This document shows, one piece after another, positions 1 through 9,036 of a stretch of DNA of 26,716 nt. The stretch is from a virus (lineage: Duplodnaviria > Caudoviricetes). The position numbers and the translations under genes are program-made. The notes under the pieces were generated by a model. It had not been told where the DNA came from, ran no database searches, and saw only the letters and a program-made list of their open reading frames with translations. The DNA lies in IMG/VR virus record IMGVR_UViG_3300031519_008917, positions 1 through 26,716 of that record. One strand, written 5' to 3'. The first letter of the stretch is position 1; each line of letters starts with the position of its first letter.

Positions 1-29
1 TCATGTAATAAGTCTTTTAGTTTAATCAT
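1..29 (-). CDS. 5' end of a gene running off the window; N-terminus MIKLKDLLH(E/D), possible phage virion protein
   Basis: The minus strand reads GGAG-7nt-ATG ATT AAA CTA AAA GAC TTA TTA CAT GA (SD at 40..37, ATG at 29), with ATATTTAT at 70..63 upstream. Only 9 full codons are visible. Confidence 0.6.
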
Positions 30-62
30 TCGTGCACTCCATTTGAATATATTGATTCACTA

Positions 63-70
63 ATAAATAT
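63..70 (-). promoter_or_regulatory. ATANTTAT intergenic motif (ATATTTAT), candidate promoter
   Basis: Lies in the 30-92 gap; the same consensus recurs in the other four intergenic gaps of 15 nt or more. Confidence 0.5.
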
Positions 71-92
71 AAAGAAATCAAAATATTAGAAG

Positions 93-749
93 TTATTTTA
101 AATGTGTATAATAGTGACCAAGTGAAAACTTAGTATTAGATGTAGCTGATAATGTTTCCCAAGATGGATTATATTTAGATAATGGAATAACCCTAAAATC
201 AAAACTTATTCTTGTTAAACTTGTTTTATTTGGTTTATTTCCGTGCATACATTGATTTCCATTAAACATAGAATATTTTCCATATTGTAATTCAATTGGT
301 TTAAAATCTAACTTCATAGGTTCACTCTCTACCCACATCGTATTAGTTCCATAGCACCTCGTCAATGGTAGAAAAAAATTAATTTCACCTGGTGGATGTT
401 TATGTAGAGGATCACCATCAGAATGGAATGTGTGAATTGCTTGGTCGTTAGGAATATGTACTCTAAATGTAGGCCATTTTTGATAATGAAATGGTTCAGA
501 AAATAATTTAGTTACTTCAGTATGAATAAAGTTATCATATAAATCATAAAATGATGTCCAATTATCGTTTAGTTTACTATAAAATATATTATGAAATTTT
601 GTTGAACTTTCGGTATATAAATTTAAAGATTCGGTTGGAAGTAAATCTTTTCTTATTTCGTGTATATTTTCCAACTCATCCACATGAAATAAATCAGAGA
701 CTAAGTTTCTAAACCCATACTTGCTTACATCAAATTCTATTGTTTTCAT
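93..749 (-). CDS. StrG-like Fe(II)/2OG-type oxygenase (DSBH fold), 218 aa
   Basis: Motifs YQKWPTFRVHIP, FHSDG..HPPGEINFFLPLT, CMHGNKPN, RISFDFRV give HxD...H plus RxSxDxR. Start moved to ATG 749 (MKTIEFD), with SD GGAGAG at 759..754. Confidence 0.75.
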   Translation of the reverse strand: MKTIEFDVSKYGFRNLVSDLFHVDELENIHEIRKDLLPTESLNLYTESSTKFHNIFYSKLNDNWTSFYDLYDNFIHTEVTKLFSEPFHYQKWPTFRVHIPNDQAIHTFHSDGDPLHKHPPGEINFFLPLTRCYGTNTMWVESEPMKLDFKPIELQYGKYSMFNGNQCMHGNKPNKTSLTRISFDFRVIPLSKYNPSWETLSATSNTKFSLGHYYTHLK

Positions 750-1518
750 ATAACTCTCCAATTGATTTTTCGTTATAACCAAATCTACCACCTGGTTTAA
801 ATTGTGGTTTTACAACACCAAATCCCATATAACCATCAACAAATTTTTCAACCGGATTAATTCTAATATCAATAGAAACTCTTGTTTCCTCTATTCGTGG
901 TGTTCCAGCATGAATACAAGATGAATCAAACATATAAACACCATCAAGTGTCGAAGGTATCTCATTTGATAATTTTAATCCTTTTTTATTGAAATCAGAA
1001 CTCATATCTCTTGTTTCATATGCAACTTTAGAAAAAACATTCCAATCTGATTCGTAATGTTTTAACCAAGAAATACTTTTTTCCTTAGATATAACATGAA
1101 AATTAGAATGTTTATTTTCAGTTAAAGACATCCAAACATTTTTTTCCTGTGGTGGATGTCCGTATTGTATGTCCGAATGAAATTCAGGAAATTTATCTTC
1201 ATTTTTTAACTTTGGTGCATGAAATCGTATCGTTGGTGTTGATTGGAAATAAAAATCAAACTTTAAATAATTTTTTAATTCATTTAAAAATCCGTGATAA
1301 GTAAATATAAATTTATCATCGGTTTCATAGAATATATGCTGTAATTCATTTTCTTTTTCCCTCACAACATAGTTAAATAATTTAATATCAATCTGATTAT
1401 GTAAATTTTCTAAATCAGAAAACTCGTTATCAATAATATTTCTGTCTGATAATAACCGTATAACTTGTTTTCTAAAGATACGATTCCATTTTGATGGTAT
1501 CTTTATAATATCAATCAA
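730..1518 (-). CDS. StrG-like Fe(II)/2OG-type oxygenase, about 262 aa
   Basis: FQSTPTIRFHAP, FHSDIQYGHPPQEKNVWMSLT, CIHAG, RVSIDIRI; paralogue of 93..749. Likely TTG start at 1518 (MIDIIK), 7 nt after GGGAG (1530..1526) and 1 nt after the upstream stop. Confidence 0.72.
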   Translation of the reverse strand: MIDIIKIPSKWNRIFRKQVIRLLSDRNIIDNEFSDLENLHNQIDIKLFNYVVREKENELQHIFYETDDKFIFTYHGFLNELKNYLKFDFYFQSTPTIRFHAPKLKNEDKFPEFHSDIQYGHPPQEKNVWMSLTENKHSNFHVISKEKSISWLKHYESDWNVFSKVAYETRDMSSDFNKKGLKLSNEIPSTLDGVYMFDSSCIHAGTPRIEETRVSIDIRINPVEKFVDGYMGFGVVKPQFKPGGRFGYNEKSIGELYENNRI

Positions 1519-1519
1519 A

Positions 1520-3535
1520 CTATAACTCCCGCACGTTTGCCTTATATTCACCACGATTTCTTAACCACCATAATTTTTCACAAGCAAATTGAAAGGTATC
1601 ACCGGAATAACCCTTTTTGTTTTTAATACTGTCCGTCCAAGTTTGATTAAATTCAAGTTCATATCCACCATTCTGTATGGTAGTAGATTCACCTGTAGCA
1701 CATTGGTGGATGTTGTACTCAAAGTTCTCTACAAGTGGATATGAATTAGTTGGAGTTATTATAGCATTAGATTGATATCTAACAATTTCGTCCCAAAGTT
1801 TATCTTCGAATGGTTGGTCTAAGTAGTCTTTTATGAAAATCCTAAGTTCTTTATAAAATTTATCCTTGTTGTTTCCCAAAGTTAAGTTTATTGCAGTAGC
1901 CTCATCATAATCCCAAATAAGTTGATTTTTTGCCTTATCCTCGTCTACTTCTTTTATTACTCTACCTAATGAAAATTGATTTTCAATTGCATATTCTAAA
2001 CTATCTAATGTTAATTTTAATTCAGAACCGATGAATGTATCTTCATTATCTTGTGCAAATTTTAGTAATTTCCAATAAAAATCTTTAAATGAAACACCAT
2101 TCACATTTCTTAAATACCTACTTATAAATTGTGTTATACCTAACCAATGCATACCACCTGTTAACCACTTAAACATATATGCCTGTTTCCAATCTTCGTG
2201 TGGCATAGACTTTGTTCCAATTACAATATCCCAACCACCACTTTGAGCTACAGGATTAAATGGTGTATGATTTGATTCATATATTTGTGCATACTGAATA
2301 CCATACAATTCACCATATTCTTTTTCTGCTATTGGAGTGTTTGGTAATGCTGCACAAGGAAACATTTTTGCTGAAGTATGTAAACCTATCTCCATTAAAT
2401 AACACAATCCATCAACCCAAGTATCTAATGTTTCTAATGGTAAACCCATTACTAATTCTACATAAGTATCAAGTTTATCTAACTCATATTTTTTTAAAAA
2501 TTCTGCTAATTTACCGTTATCGATGTTCTTCCGTTTTACTGCCTTTAGTGTTTCAGGATTCATCGATTGTAATGCTATAGTTACACCAGTCTTGTCAAGT
2601 TCTTCGTCTTGCATTATTTTAGCAATATCCATCACCCTATCAGCGTGACCTTTAGACCACGACACCGAGAATCTAATTGGAAATCCAGTTTCTCTTTTTT
2701 TCTTACCCATATACTCTACCATATCTTTGTGTTCTGGAAATAATCCAAAATTACTATCAGCACAATCTATAAATTCTATTTTGTTTTCTGATGCCCAATC
2801 TAATTCAGCACATATTTTTTCAATAGAATGTCTTTCTATTTTAGTATAAAGGGTATCTCCAATTTCACAAAATGTACAAGCATAAGGACATCCTCTCGAT
2901 GGTTCAACTGTCATTTTAAATTTTTGTATGTGGTCAGGTTTATTGGAAATTAATTTATCAAATGTTCCATCTAAATAGGGACTTGGCATGAAATTTAAAT
3001 CTTTAACTCTATCTCGTTGCTGATTTATACTTGTGGTTAAATCTTCATTTTTATATGAAATACTTAAAACCTTACTTAAATCAGGAGTATCGTTTAATAA
3101 TTCCAACAAAGTTTCCCTTATGGTTTCTTCTCCTTCATGATGTGCTATAATATCTACATATGGACGGTCTTTAAAAAAATCATATATTGATGGATTTCTT
3201 CTAACCCATCGAGTATTGTTAGAACGTGGTGGCATCTGTCCACCATAAATAACCACACATTCAGGCCATTTTTGTTTTATTAATTCTGCTATCTGATTGG
3301 ATAAAGTCCAAGACCACACATTACAGGAAAATAATGCAACATCTGGTTTTTCTGTGATGTGTTTCATTATTTTTTCTTTTTCATCTTTCCAGTATATCCA
3401 ATTACTAACATTATAGTTTTTAGATATAACTTCATCAACTTTACAATAACTCCACAACACACCTGTACTATACGGCAACCGAACTTCTCCGTATCCAAAA
3501 ATATTACTGAACTCACATATTAAAAGGTTTTTCAT
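1520..3535 (-). CDS. Cobalamin-binding-domain radical SAM protein, 671 aa
   Basis: RGCPYACTFC (CxxxCxxC), DSNFG and ALQS motifs. The N-terminal Rossmann B12-binding region shows SCNVWS, YGGQ, HEGE and MPSPYL; there is no DxHxxG. Confidence 0.88.
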   Translation of the reverse strand: MKNLLICEFSNIFGYGEVRLPYSTGVLWSYCKVDEVISKNYNVSNWIYWKDEKEKIMKHITEKPDVALFSCNVWSWTLSNQIAELIKQKWPECVVIYGGQMPPRSNNTRWVRRNPSIYDFFKDRPYVDIIAHHEGEETIRETLLELLNDTPDLSKVLSISYKNEDLTTSINQQRDRVKDLNFMPSPYLDGTFDKLISNKPDHIQKFKMTVEPSRGCPYACTFCEIGDTLYTKIERHSIEKICAELDWASENKIEFIDCADSNFGLFPEHKDMVEYMGKKKRETGFPIRFSVSWSKGHADRVMDIAKIMQDEELDKTGVTIALQSMNPETLKAVKRKNIDNGKLAEFLKKYELDKLDTYVELVMGLPLETLDTWVDGLCYLMEIGLHTSAKMFPCAALPNTPIAEKEYGELYGIQYAQIYESNHTPFNPVAQSGGWDIVIGTKSMPHEDWKQAYMFKWLTGGMHWLGITQFISRYLRNVNGVSFKDFYWKLLKFAQDNEDTFIGSELKLTLDSLEYAIENQFSLGRVIKEVDEDKAKNQLIWDYDEATAINLTLGNNKDKFYKELRIFIKDYLDQPFEDKLWDEIVRYQSNAIITPTNSYPLVENFEYNIHQCATGESTTIQNGGYELEFNQTWTDSIKNKKGYSGDTFQFACEKLWWLRNRGEYKANVREL

Positions 3536-3539
3536 ATGA

Positions 3540-3547
3540 ATAAGTAT
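3540..3547 (-). promoter_or_regulatory. ATANTTAT intergenic motif (ATACTTAT), candidate promoter
   Basis: Fills most of the 15-nt gap (GAGATACTTATTCAT-ATG) before the radical SAM gene. Confidence 0.45.
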
Positions 3548-3550
3548 CTC

Positions 3551-4822
3551 TTAACTGACAACTTGGTTAAGAATTTTAATTAAAAAATCATCCAAATCAA
3601 AATTACTTAGATGTAATTGATTATATTTAAGTATTGGAATAGAATCTACATATAACTTATTTTTTTCTACATCACTTAATAAACATATTCGTTCTACTTC
3701 ATCCATAATAAATTCGTGTCTGTCCTTGTCGTTTCGTATTTTATCATATGATTCATCAAACACATTTGGAAAACTTTTAAATCCAAATGATTTAAATAAT
3801 TTTAAACTATTTGCACCTGCATTTAATATAAATGGATGTAATATCATACATTTCCACGCATCACCAACCAATCTTTTATGATCAAATGAAGTTTCACTAA
3901 TAACACTAAAATAACTTTTATCGTAATGAGATTTCTTAGGATTAGAATTTCCAATTTCAGAACGATAAACTCCGTGTTTAAATGAACATAAATCACTATC
4001 CATATCTTTTGTTATATCAAGATATATTGGCAATAAATCAAAAATCTTTCCATCGGCGTCTGGATTAAAATCATATAATCTTTCCTTTAAAGTATCAATA
4101 GAGGCCCCGTCTCTATTTGTTGCCGATAATAAAAAATAGTTTTCTAATTTTCTTTTATAAATTTCTGACAAAAGTACCAATTTATGTCCCAATAACGTTC
4201 CGTTGTAATTTAAAAAAGTATAAGGTCTTGGTTCTACATTGTCTAAGTTAAGTAACCATTTTTTATAATCTTTTGGTTTACCCTCGTACTCGTGATTGAT
4301 TGCCATATCTGTAGATAATGCCACTTTTCCAAATTCCTCACCTTCCAATCTAAATACTTGAGCTCGTACATACAACTCCAATGTAAACCCAACGATTCCC
4401 TTTTTGATTCCATGTGAACTTGTTAAAAATTTTACTCTATCGGTGTTATATCCCATTTCCATTAATAAATCTAAAAGTGGTAACGTAGATTTAACATCTA
4501 ATGCTTCAGCTTTTCTATCTATAACCACCCACAATGTTTTATCATTCCACGTGTCAGTTGGTGGTGGGAATTTATCAGTTATGAATTTCTTCAAATAGGA
4601 TATGTTTTGAATTGCGAGAGCTTTAAATATTTCATCTGATTCGACCACCCACAAATGATGTTTGATATCAAATGTATTATGTTTATCATGAAGATGATTA
4701 GCAATAGGTGAAATTGTATCAGCTTCAAAGTTTCCATGTAAACTTATACTAAAATCCTTAAATTTATCATAATCAAGAAATTTATTTTGACGAAATATAA
4801 TATCTGAAATCTGCTTATCCAT
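3551..4822 (-). CDS. GT10-like 'ESYD' family protein (divergent), 423 aa
   Basis: C-terminal YFSVISETS...HPFILNAG...GFKSFPNVFDESYD shared with six paralogues. ATG 4822 follows GGAG (4833..4830). Function is inferred only. Confidence 0.55.
   Translation of the reverse strand: MDKQISDIIFRQNKFLDYDKFKDFSISLHGNFEADTISPIANHLHDKHNTFDIKHHLWVVESDEIFKALAIQNISYLKKFITDKFPPPTDTWNDKTLWVVIDRKAEALDVKSTLPLLDLLMEMGYNTDRVKFLTSSHGIKKGIVGFTLELYVRAQVFRLEGEEFGKVALSTDMAINHEYEGKPKDYKKWLLNLDNVEPRPYTFLNYNGTLLGHKLVLLSEIYKRKLENYFLLSATNRDGASIDTLKERLYDFNPDADGKIFDLLPIYLDITKDMDSDLCSFKHGVYRSEIGNSNPKKSHYDKSYFSVISETSFDHKRLVGDAWKCMILHPFILNAGANSLKLFKSFGFKSFPNVFDESYDKIRNDKDRHEFIMDEVERICLLSDVEKNKLYVDSIPILKYNQLHLSNFDLDDFLIKILNQVVS
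3750..3784. repeat. 35-bp exact direct repeat, copy 1 (copy 2 at 5699..5733)
   Basis: gattcatcaaacacatttggaaaacttttaaatcc is identical at both sites and encodes GFKSFPNVFDES. Confidence 0.9.
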
Positions 4823-5498
4823 CAAAAAACTCCTTTAAAATCTCTTTACTTGTTTTACCTATATCAAAGTCACTCTGTAAATCACCAACATCATAATGAT
4901 AAGTACCAAACTTAGTATTACTGTTAAATAATTCTGATGTTTCTTTTGTAGTAATGGTTTTTCTCGATACTAAATATCTAATACCGGATAAATTTGATTT
5001 AATTGCATCATATATGTTTTCACAATATATAACATCATTAACTGAATCTTCCGTTAGTGTTATATCTTCTCCATTTACTATCTTAAAAAATGAACTCTGT
5101 TTCTTGGGTTGCGGTAAAAAGCACGATACTCGTAATATTAAATAATCTTTACACTTGTCTTGTATGATATGTTCTGAAATTCTTTTAAATATCGCATAAG
5201 GTGTCAAGGATTTTGGTGCAACTTGAATACTTGAGATATAAATAAATTTTTTATGTGGTACTTTGACTAAAGAATATGTTAAATCAATGTTATCTTTATA
5301 GCATTTCTCAGACACATTCTGTAATTCTTCTAATTCAGAATTAAATGCACAATGTATTATCGTATCTACTCCTTCGGAAATAATTTCATCTGTAAGTGGA
5401 TTTTCTCTTGTAATACAAATAGGATTCTTATATTTATTTACCAAAAATAATCCAAGTGAACCATTAGTTCCGGTAATTAATATTTTTTTGTTTTCCAT
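4815..5498 (-). CDS. Short NAD(P)-dependent epimerase/reductase (extended SDR, RmlD-like), 227 aa
   Basis: ILITGTNGSLG Rossmann motif, IIHCA, FIYISS and YAIFK (YxxxK); shortened substrate domain. Confidence 0.75.
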   Translation of the reverse strand: MENKKILITGTNGSLGLFLVNKYKNPICITRENPLTDEIISEGVDTIIHCAFNSELEELQNVSEKCYKDNIDLTYSLVKVPHKKFIYISSIQVAPKSLTPYAIFKRISEHIIQDKCKDYLILRVSCFLPQPKKQSSFFKIVNGEDITLTEDSVNDVIYCENIYDAIKSNLSGIRYLVSRKTITTKETSELFNSNTKFGTYHYDVGDLQSDFDIGKTSKEILKEFFDG

Positions 5499-5499
5499 A

Positions 5500-6789
5500 T
5501 TAACTCACTATTTGACTAAACATATTAGAAATCAACCCTTTTATATCAAAATTCATAAATATATTTTGATTATATTTTATCGTTGGTATAGATTCCAAAT
5601 ATAATTTATGTTTATCCTTTTCACTTAATAAACAAATTCTTTCTACTTGACTTAGTACAAAGTTATGTCGAGTTACATCATCTAGCATATCATCATAAGA
5701 TTCATCAAACACATTTGGAAAACTTTTAAATCCCCAAGACTTAAATAACTTTAAAGTACCCCTACCCGCATTGAAAATCATTGGATGTAATATTGCAGAT
5801 TTAATATGAGATGTAATTCTAGCACAATCATATGATGTTTCATTTGCAAGATAAAAATAACTCTGATTATAATGATATTTCTTTGGTTGAGAATCTCCAA
5901 TTTCTGATGAACCCTCCCCATTAGGTAAGGAAACCTCATATCCAACCGTTTCACTCTTAGAAAGATTTCTATCTATATCAAGATAAATTGGTAACATATC
6001 TAAAATTTTACTTTTATCAAGGCTCTGTACTCCGTTTGGTTGAAATTCTCTAACTCTCTCTCTTAATGTATCTGTATCATCATCATCTCTATTTAATGCG
6101 GATATTAAACAATATTTATCTAATTTTCTCCTATACAATTCTGACAACAATAGTAATTTGTGTGGTGGTAAACTTCCTGCATATGATAGGAAAGTGTAAG
6201 GTCTTGGTTCTGTATTATCTAAATTCAATAACCACTTTTTATAATTTTTTGGTTCATCGTTATATTCGTGGTTAATTGCTATATCCCTATCTACTAATTG
6301 ACCAAATTGTTCATCAGATAATTTAAATCTAAGTGACCTCAAATAAAATTCAAATGGAAAATTCACAAGTAAGTTTTGATTTTCATAAAATGAATTACAA
6401 AAAAATTTAATTCTATTTATATTGTATCCAAGTTTTTTAATTTTACCGATTAGTCTCAAGGCAGATTTTTTATCTAAATGTTCCATTCTTCTGTCTATAA
6501 CTATCCACAATCTATCATCATCGTGTGTCTGTTGAATTTGTGGAAATGTATTTTTAATATAATCACTAAAGATGGATTCATCATACATACTTTGAAATAT
6601 CGTATCCGATGGAATAAACCAAAGATGATATTTGTAATTGTCGTCAGTAGAATTATTTACAAACCCAAAATTACCATCATCATTCCAACAGCTAAGCGTA
6701 CACTTGTAATCTGAAAAATCAGATGATGTCAGTACCATTTTCCCAACCGTAGGTGAACTATCTTCAGTATCCCATCCACCCCAACTCAT
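5500..6789 (-). CDS. GT10-like 'ESYD' family protein (divergent), 429 aa
   Basis: Closest paralogue of 3551..4822 (AINHEY..PK.YKKWLLNLDN.EPRPYTFL; GFKSFPNVFDESYD). ATGA overlap with the upstream gene. Confidence 0.55.
   Translation of the reverse strand: MSWGGWDTEDSSPTVGKMVLTSSDFSDYKCTLSCWNDDGNFGFVNNSTDDNYKYHLWFIPSDTIFQSMYDESIFSDYIKNTFPQIQQTHDDDRLWIVIDRRMEHLDKKSALRLIGKIKKLGYNINRIKFFCNSFYENQNLLVNFPFEFYLRSLRFKLSDEQFGQLVDRDIAINHEYNDEPKNYKKWLLNLDNTEPRPYTFLSYAGSLPPHKLLLLSELYRRKLDKYCLISALNRDDDDTDTLRERVREFQPNGVQSLDKSKILDMLPIYLDIDRNLSKSETVGYEVSLPNGEGSSEIGDSQPKKYHYNQSYFYLANETSYDCARITSHIKSAILHPMIFNAGRGTLKLFKSWGFKSFPNVFDESYDDMLDDVTRHNFVLSQVERICLLSEKDKHKLYLESIPTIKYNQNIFMNFDIKGLISNMFSQIVS
5699..5733. repeat. 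35-bp exact direct repeat, copy 2
   Basis: Identical to 3750..3784. Confidence 0.9.
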
Positions 6790-8099
6790 AATAATTCCTC
6801 AAGTTCATCAACCATTTTTAATTTCATATTTGGAATAAATGTTTCATAAAAATGATAGTAATTATGTTTTATGACATCTTCTATTGACCAATACCAATCA
6901 TGTATTTCTTTAATTGGTTTATTACATAATTTGATAATTTCCTCTTCTATCATATTAAATCTTTTTTTAGTATCATAAACTTTATCATAACTCTCGTCAA
7001 TAAATGGTTCAAAGGTTTTAAATCCATACTCGTGTAATCTCTTTAGTGCACCAACATCATCTAAGTAAATAAAAGGTTGTAAATTGGTTATTGGTTTCCA
7101 AATCTTTTCACTAAAAATTAATTGGTCTTTCCAATCCGTAAAGTTGTTACCTGTAACTATTTGAAAATAACTATTTAAAAAATATTTAACATCAAATTTT
7201 TCATATGAATATTTTGTATTGCTTAAATCTTTCTCATCAATTACCAACGGCATCTTTTTTTCAAGTGATATTCTTTCTTTTTCGGTAACCATCTCTTTCC
7301 AATCCCAATCAGTAATCTTATTAGCAAAAGAAACATAACCCTTGTCTAATAAATTATGTCTATTTAAACTCATAACTAACTTAACTCTATGGTCTTTGGG
7401 TAACCTATTAAATGAAAGATAATACATTTCTCTTATTGTATCTTTGGAATTTACCCATTTTTTCATATTCCTTGATGATTTATTATTTCCATGATACATC
7501 ATTGTTGGATTTTGTTTTGTAAATCTCCATTGGTCTATTGCACAATATTCATATTGTATAATATTAATTTTGGTATCTAATTTAATATTATTGTATGTGT
7601 TATTACTATCCATGTAAATAAAACTCTCCTGTGGAATTTTAAATTTCTTTAATAGAAAATGTATTCTTTCGAGTAATGGTTGGTGTAATATACTATCTCT
7701 GTGATGTGAACCTAACCCCTCATATCCATAATTAATTAATAATTTACATTTACCTTCTTGAATATCTTTGATTACATCATCTGAAATAGAATCAAAAAGA
7801 CTTATATCTTCAAATGTCTCTGGCCATCTATTGTATCCAAGTACCCAGGCAAAACAATTTACATCAATATTGTAAATATAATTGTTTTCTATCTTACTAA
7901 TTGGTAAGGTTTCCATACTTAAATGTTCCCACTCTCGTACAGCTGTTTGTTGATAATCAAACTTAATATCTTGTAACATTCCTAAAAAAACATTACCACA
8001 ATTACAGGTTTTTTTATCTTGAAATTTAAAATTTTCAAGATTGGGTATAGGATCACCATTTTCTTTAAATTGATTAAATCCAAAAATTAATTTATTCAT
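6786..8099 (-). CDS. GT10-like 'ESYD' family protein, 437 aa
   Basis: YYLSFNRLPKDHR; YFQIVTGN...IFSEKIWKPITNLQPFIYL...GFKTFEPFIDESYD. Start moved to ATG 8099 (MNKLIFG), an 8-nt overlap with the upstream stop. Confidence 0.6.
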   Translation of the reverse strand: MNKLIFGFNQFKENGDPIPNLENFKFQDKKTCNCGNVFLGMLQDIKFDYQQTAVREWEHLSMETLPISKIENNYIYNIDVNCFAWVLGYNRWPETFEDISLFDSISDDVIKDIQEGKCKLLINYGYEGLGSHHRDSILHQPLLERIHFLLKKFKIPQESFIYMDSNNTYNNIKLDTKINIIQYEYCAIDQWRFTKQNPTMMYHGNNKSSRNMKKWVNSKDTIREMYYLSFNRLPKDHRVKLVMSLNRHNLLDKGYVSFANKITDWDWKEMVTEKERISLEKKMPLVIDEKDLSNTKYSYEKFDVKYFLNSYFQIVTGNNFTDWKDQLIFSEKIWKPITNLQPFIYLDDVGALKRLHEYGFKTFEPFIDESYDKVYDTKKRFNMIEEEIIKLCNKPIKEIHDWYWSIEDVIKHNYYHFYETFIPNMKLKMVDELEELL

Positions 8100-9036
8100 T
8101 ATTTTTATACCACTCAATTGTTTCTCGTATACCATCTTCAAAAGAATAATCTGGTTTAAATCCAAGTTCAGTTGTTATTCTTTCAGTACTAACCATTCTA
8201 TATGGAATAGTAGTTGGTTTTGAATTATCCCACTCTACTTTTGGAGTTTTACCTGTAACTTTTAGTATCGTATCGACAATATCACCGATAGTTACGGTTG
8301 AACCATAACCAAGATTATATGGTCTCATAGATTCTCCCTTTTCTAATATTAACAACGCACCCTTAACAACATCCTTAACATAAAGAAAATCTCTAACCAC
8401 ATCAGGATTTCCCCAAACCACAAATGGATTCTCATTTTTTAAAACTCGATTAATTAATGCAGGTATTACATGACAAGTTTTAGTATTAAAGTTATCATAA
8501 GGACCAAACATAGCAGTTCCTCTTGCAATTCCAATTTTCATATCAGAAAAATGTGAACAGTGTTCCATGATTTTTTCTCGATATCTTCTCGACCACCCAT
8601 ATCCATAATATGAAATATATGGTTCATCATCCCAATACTCATCTTCTGTTATTGGATATCTTCTATCAGGATAACCAGTAGAACTATTTATATCTAAAAA
8701 TCCTTGTATACCACATTTATTACCTGATTCTAAAAGATTAGACACGAGTGATATTTGAGTTTTTGCTATTTTAAAATCTGTTGGTACATCGGATGGGTGA
8801 CAAATTTTTCCTGCTGCATGAATTACATAATCTGAACCATCTACAAGTTTCATACAATCGTCAAATTTTTCCAAATCAATATTATCCAATACTTCTATTC
8901 TATCATCAACTACATTTAAAGGTCTGTTATGTGTATGTGTTTTTATTTTAGCACCACGATTTAGAAGTTCTTTTATGTAATGTGTTCCAATCATCCCACT
9001 ACCACCCGTAACTACTACTTTTTTATCTTTAAACAT
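8092..9036 (-). CDS. GDP-L-fucose synthase (Fcl/ColC)-like SDR, probable NDP-4-keto-sugar reductase, 314 aa
   Basis: TGGSGMIG, FGPYDNF...HVIPALI, VVWG...RDFLYVKD. The catalytic motif reads YGWSR rather than YxxxK. Confidence 0.8.
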   Translation of the reverse strand: MFKDKKVVVTGGSGMIGTHYIKELLNRGAKIKTHTHNRPLNVVDDRIEVLDNIDLEKFDDCMKLVDGSDYVIHAAGKICHPSDVPTDFKIAKTQISLVSNLLESGNKCGIQGFLDINSSTGYPDRRYPITEDEYWDDEPYISYYGYGWSRRYREKIMEHCSHFSDMKIGIARGTAMFGPYDNFNTKTCHVIPALINRVLKNENPFVVWGNPDVVRDFLYVKDVVKGALLILEKGESMRPYNLGYGSTVTIGDIVDTILKVTGKTPKVEWDNSKPTTIPYRMVSTERITTELGFKPDYSFEDGIRETIEWYKNNE

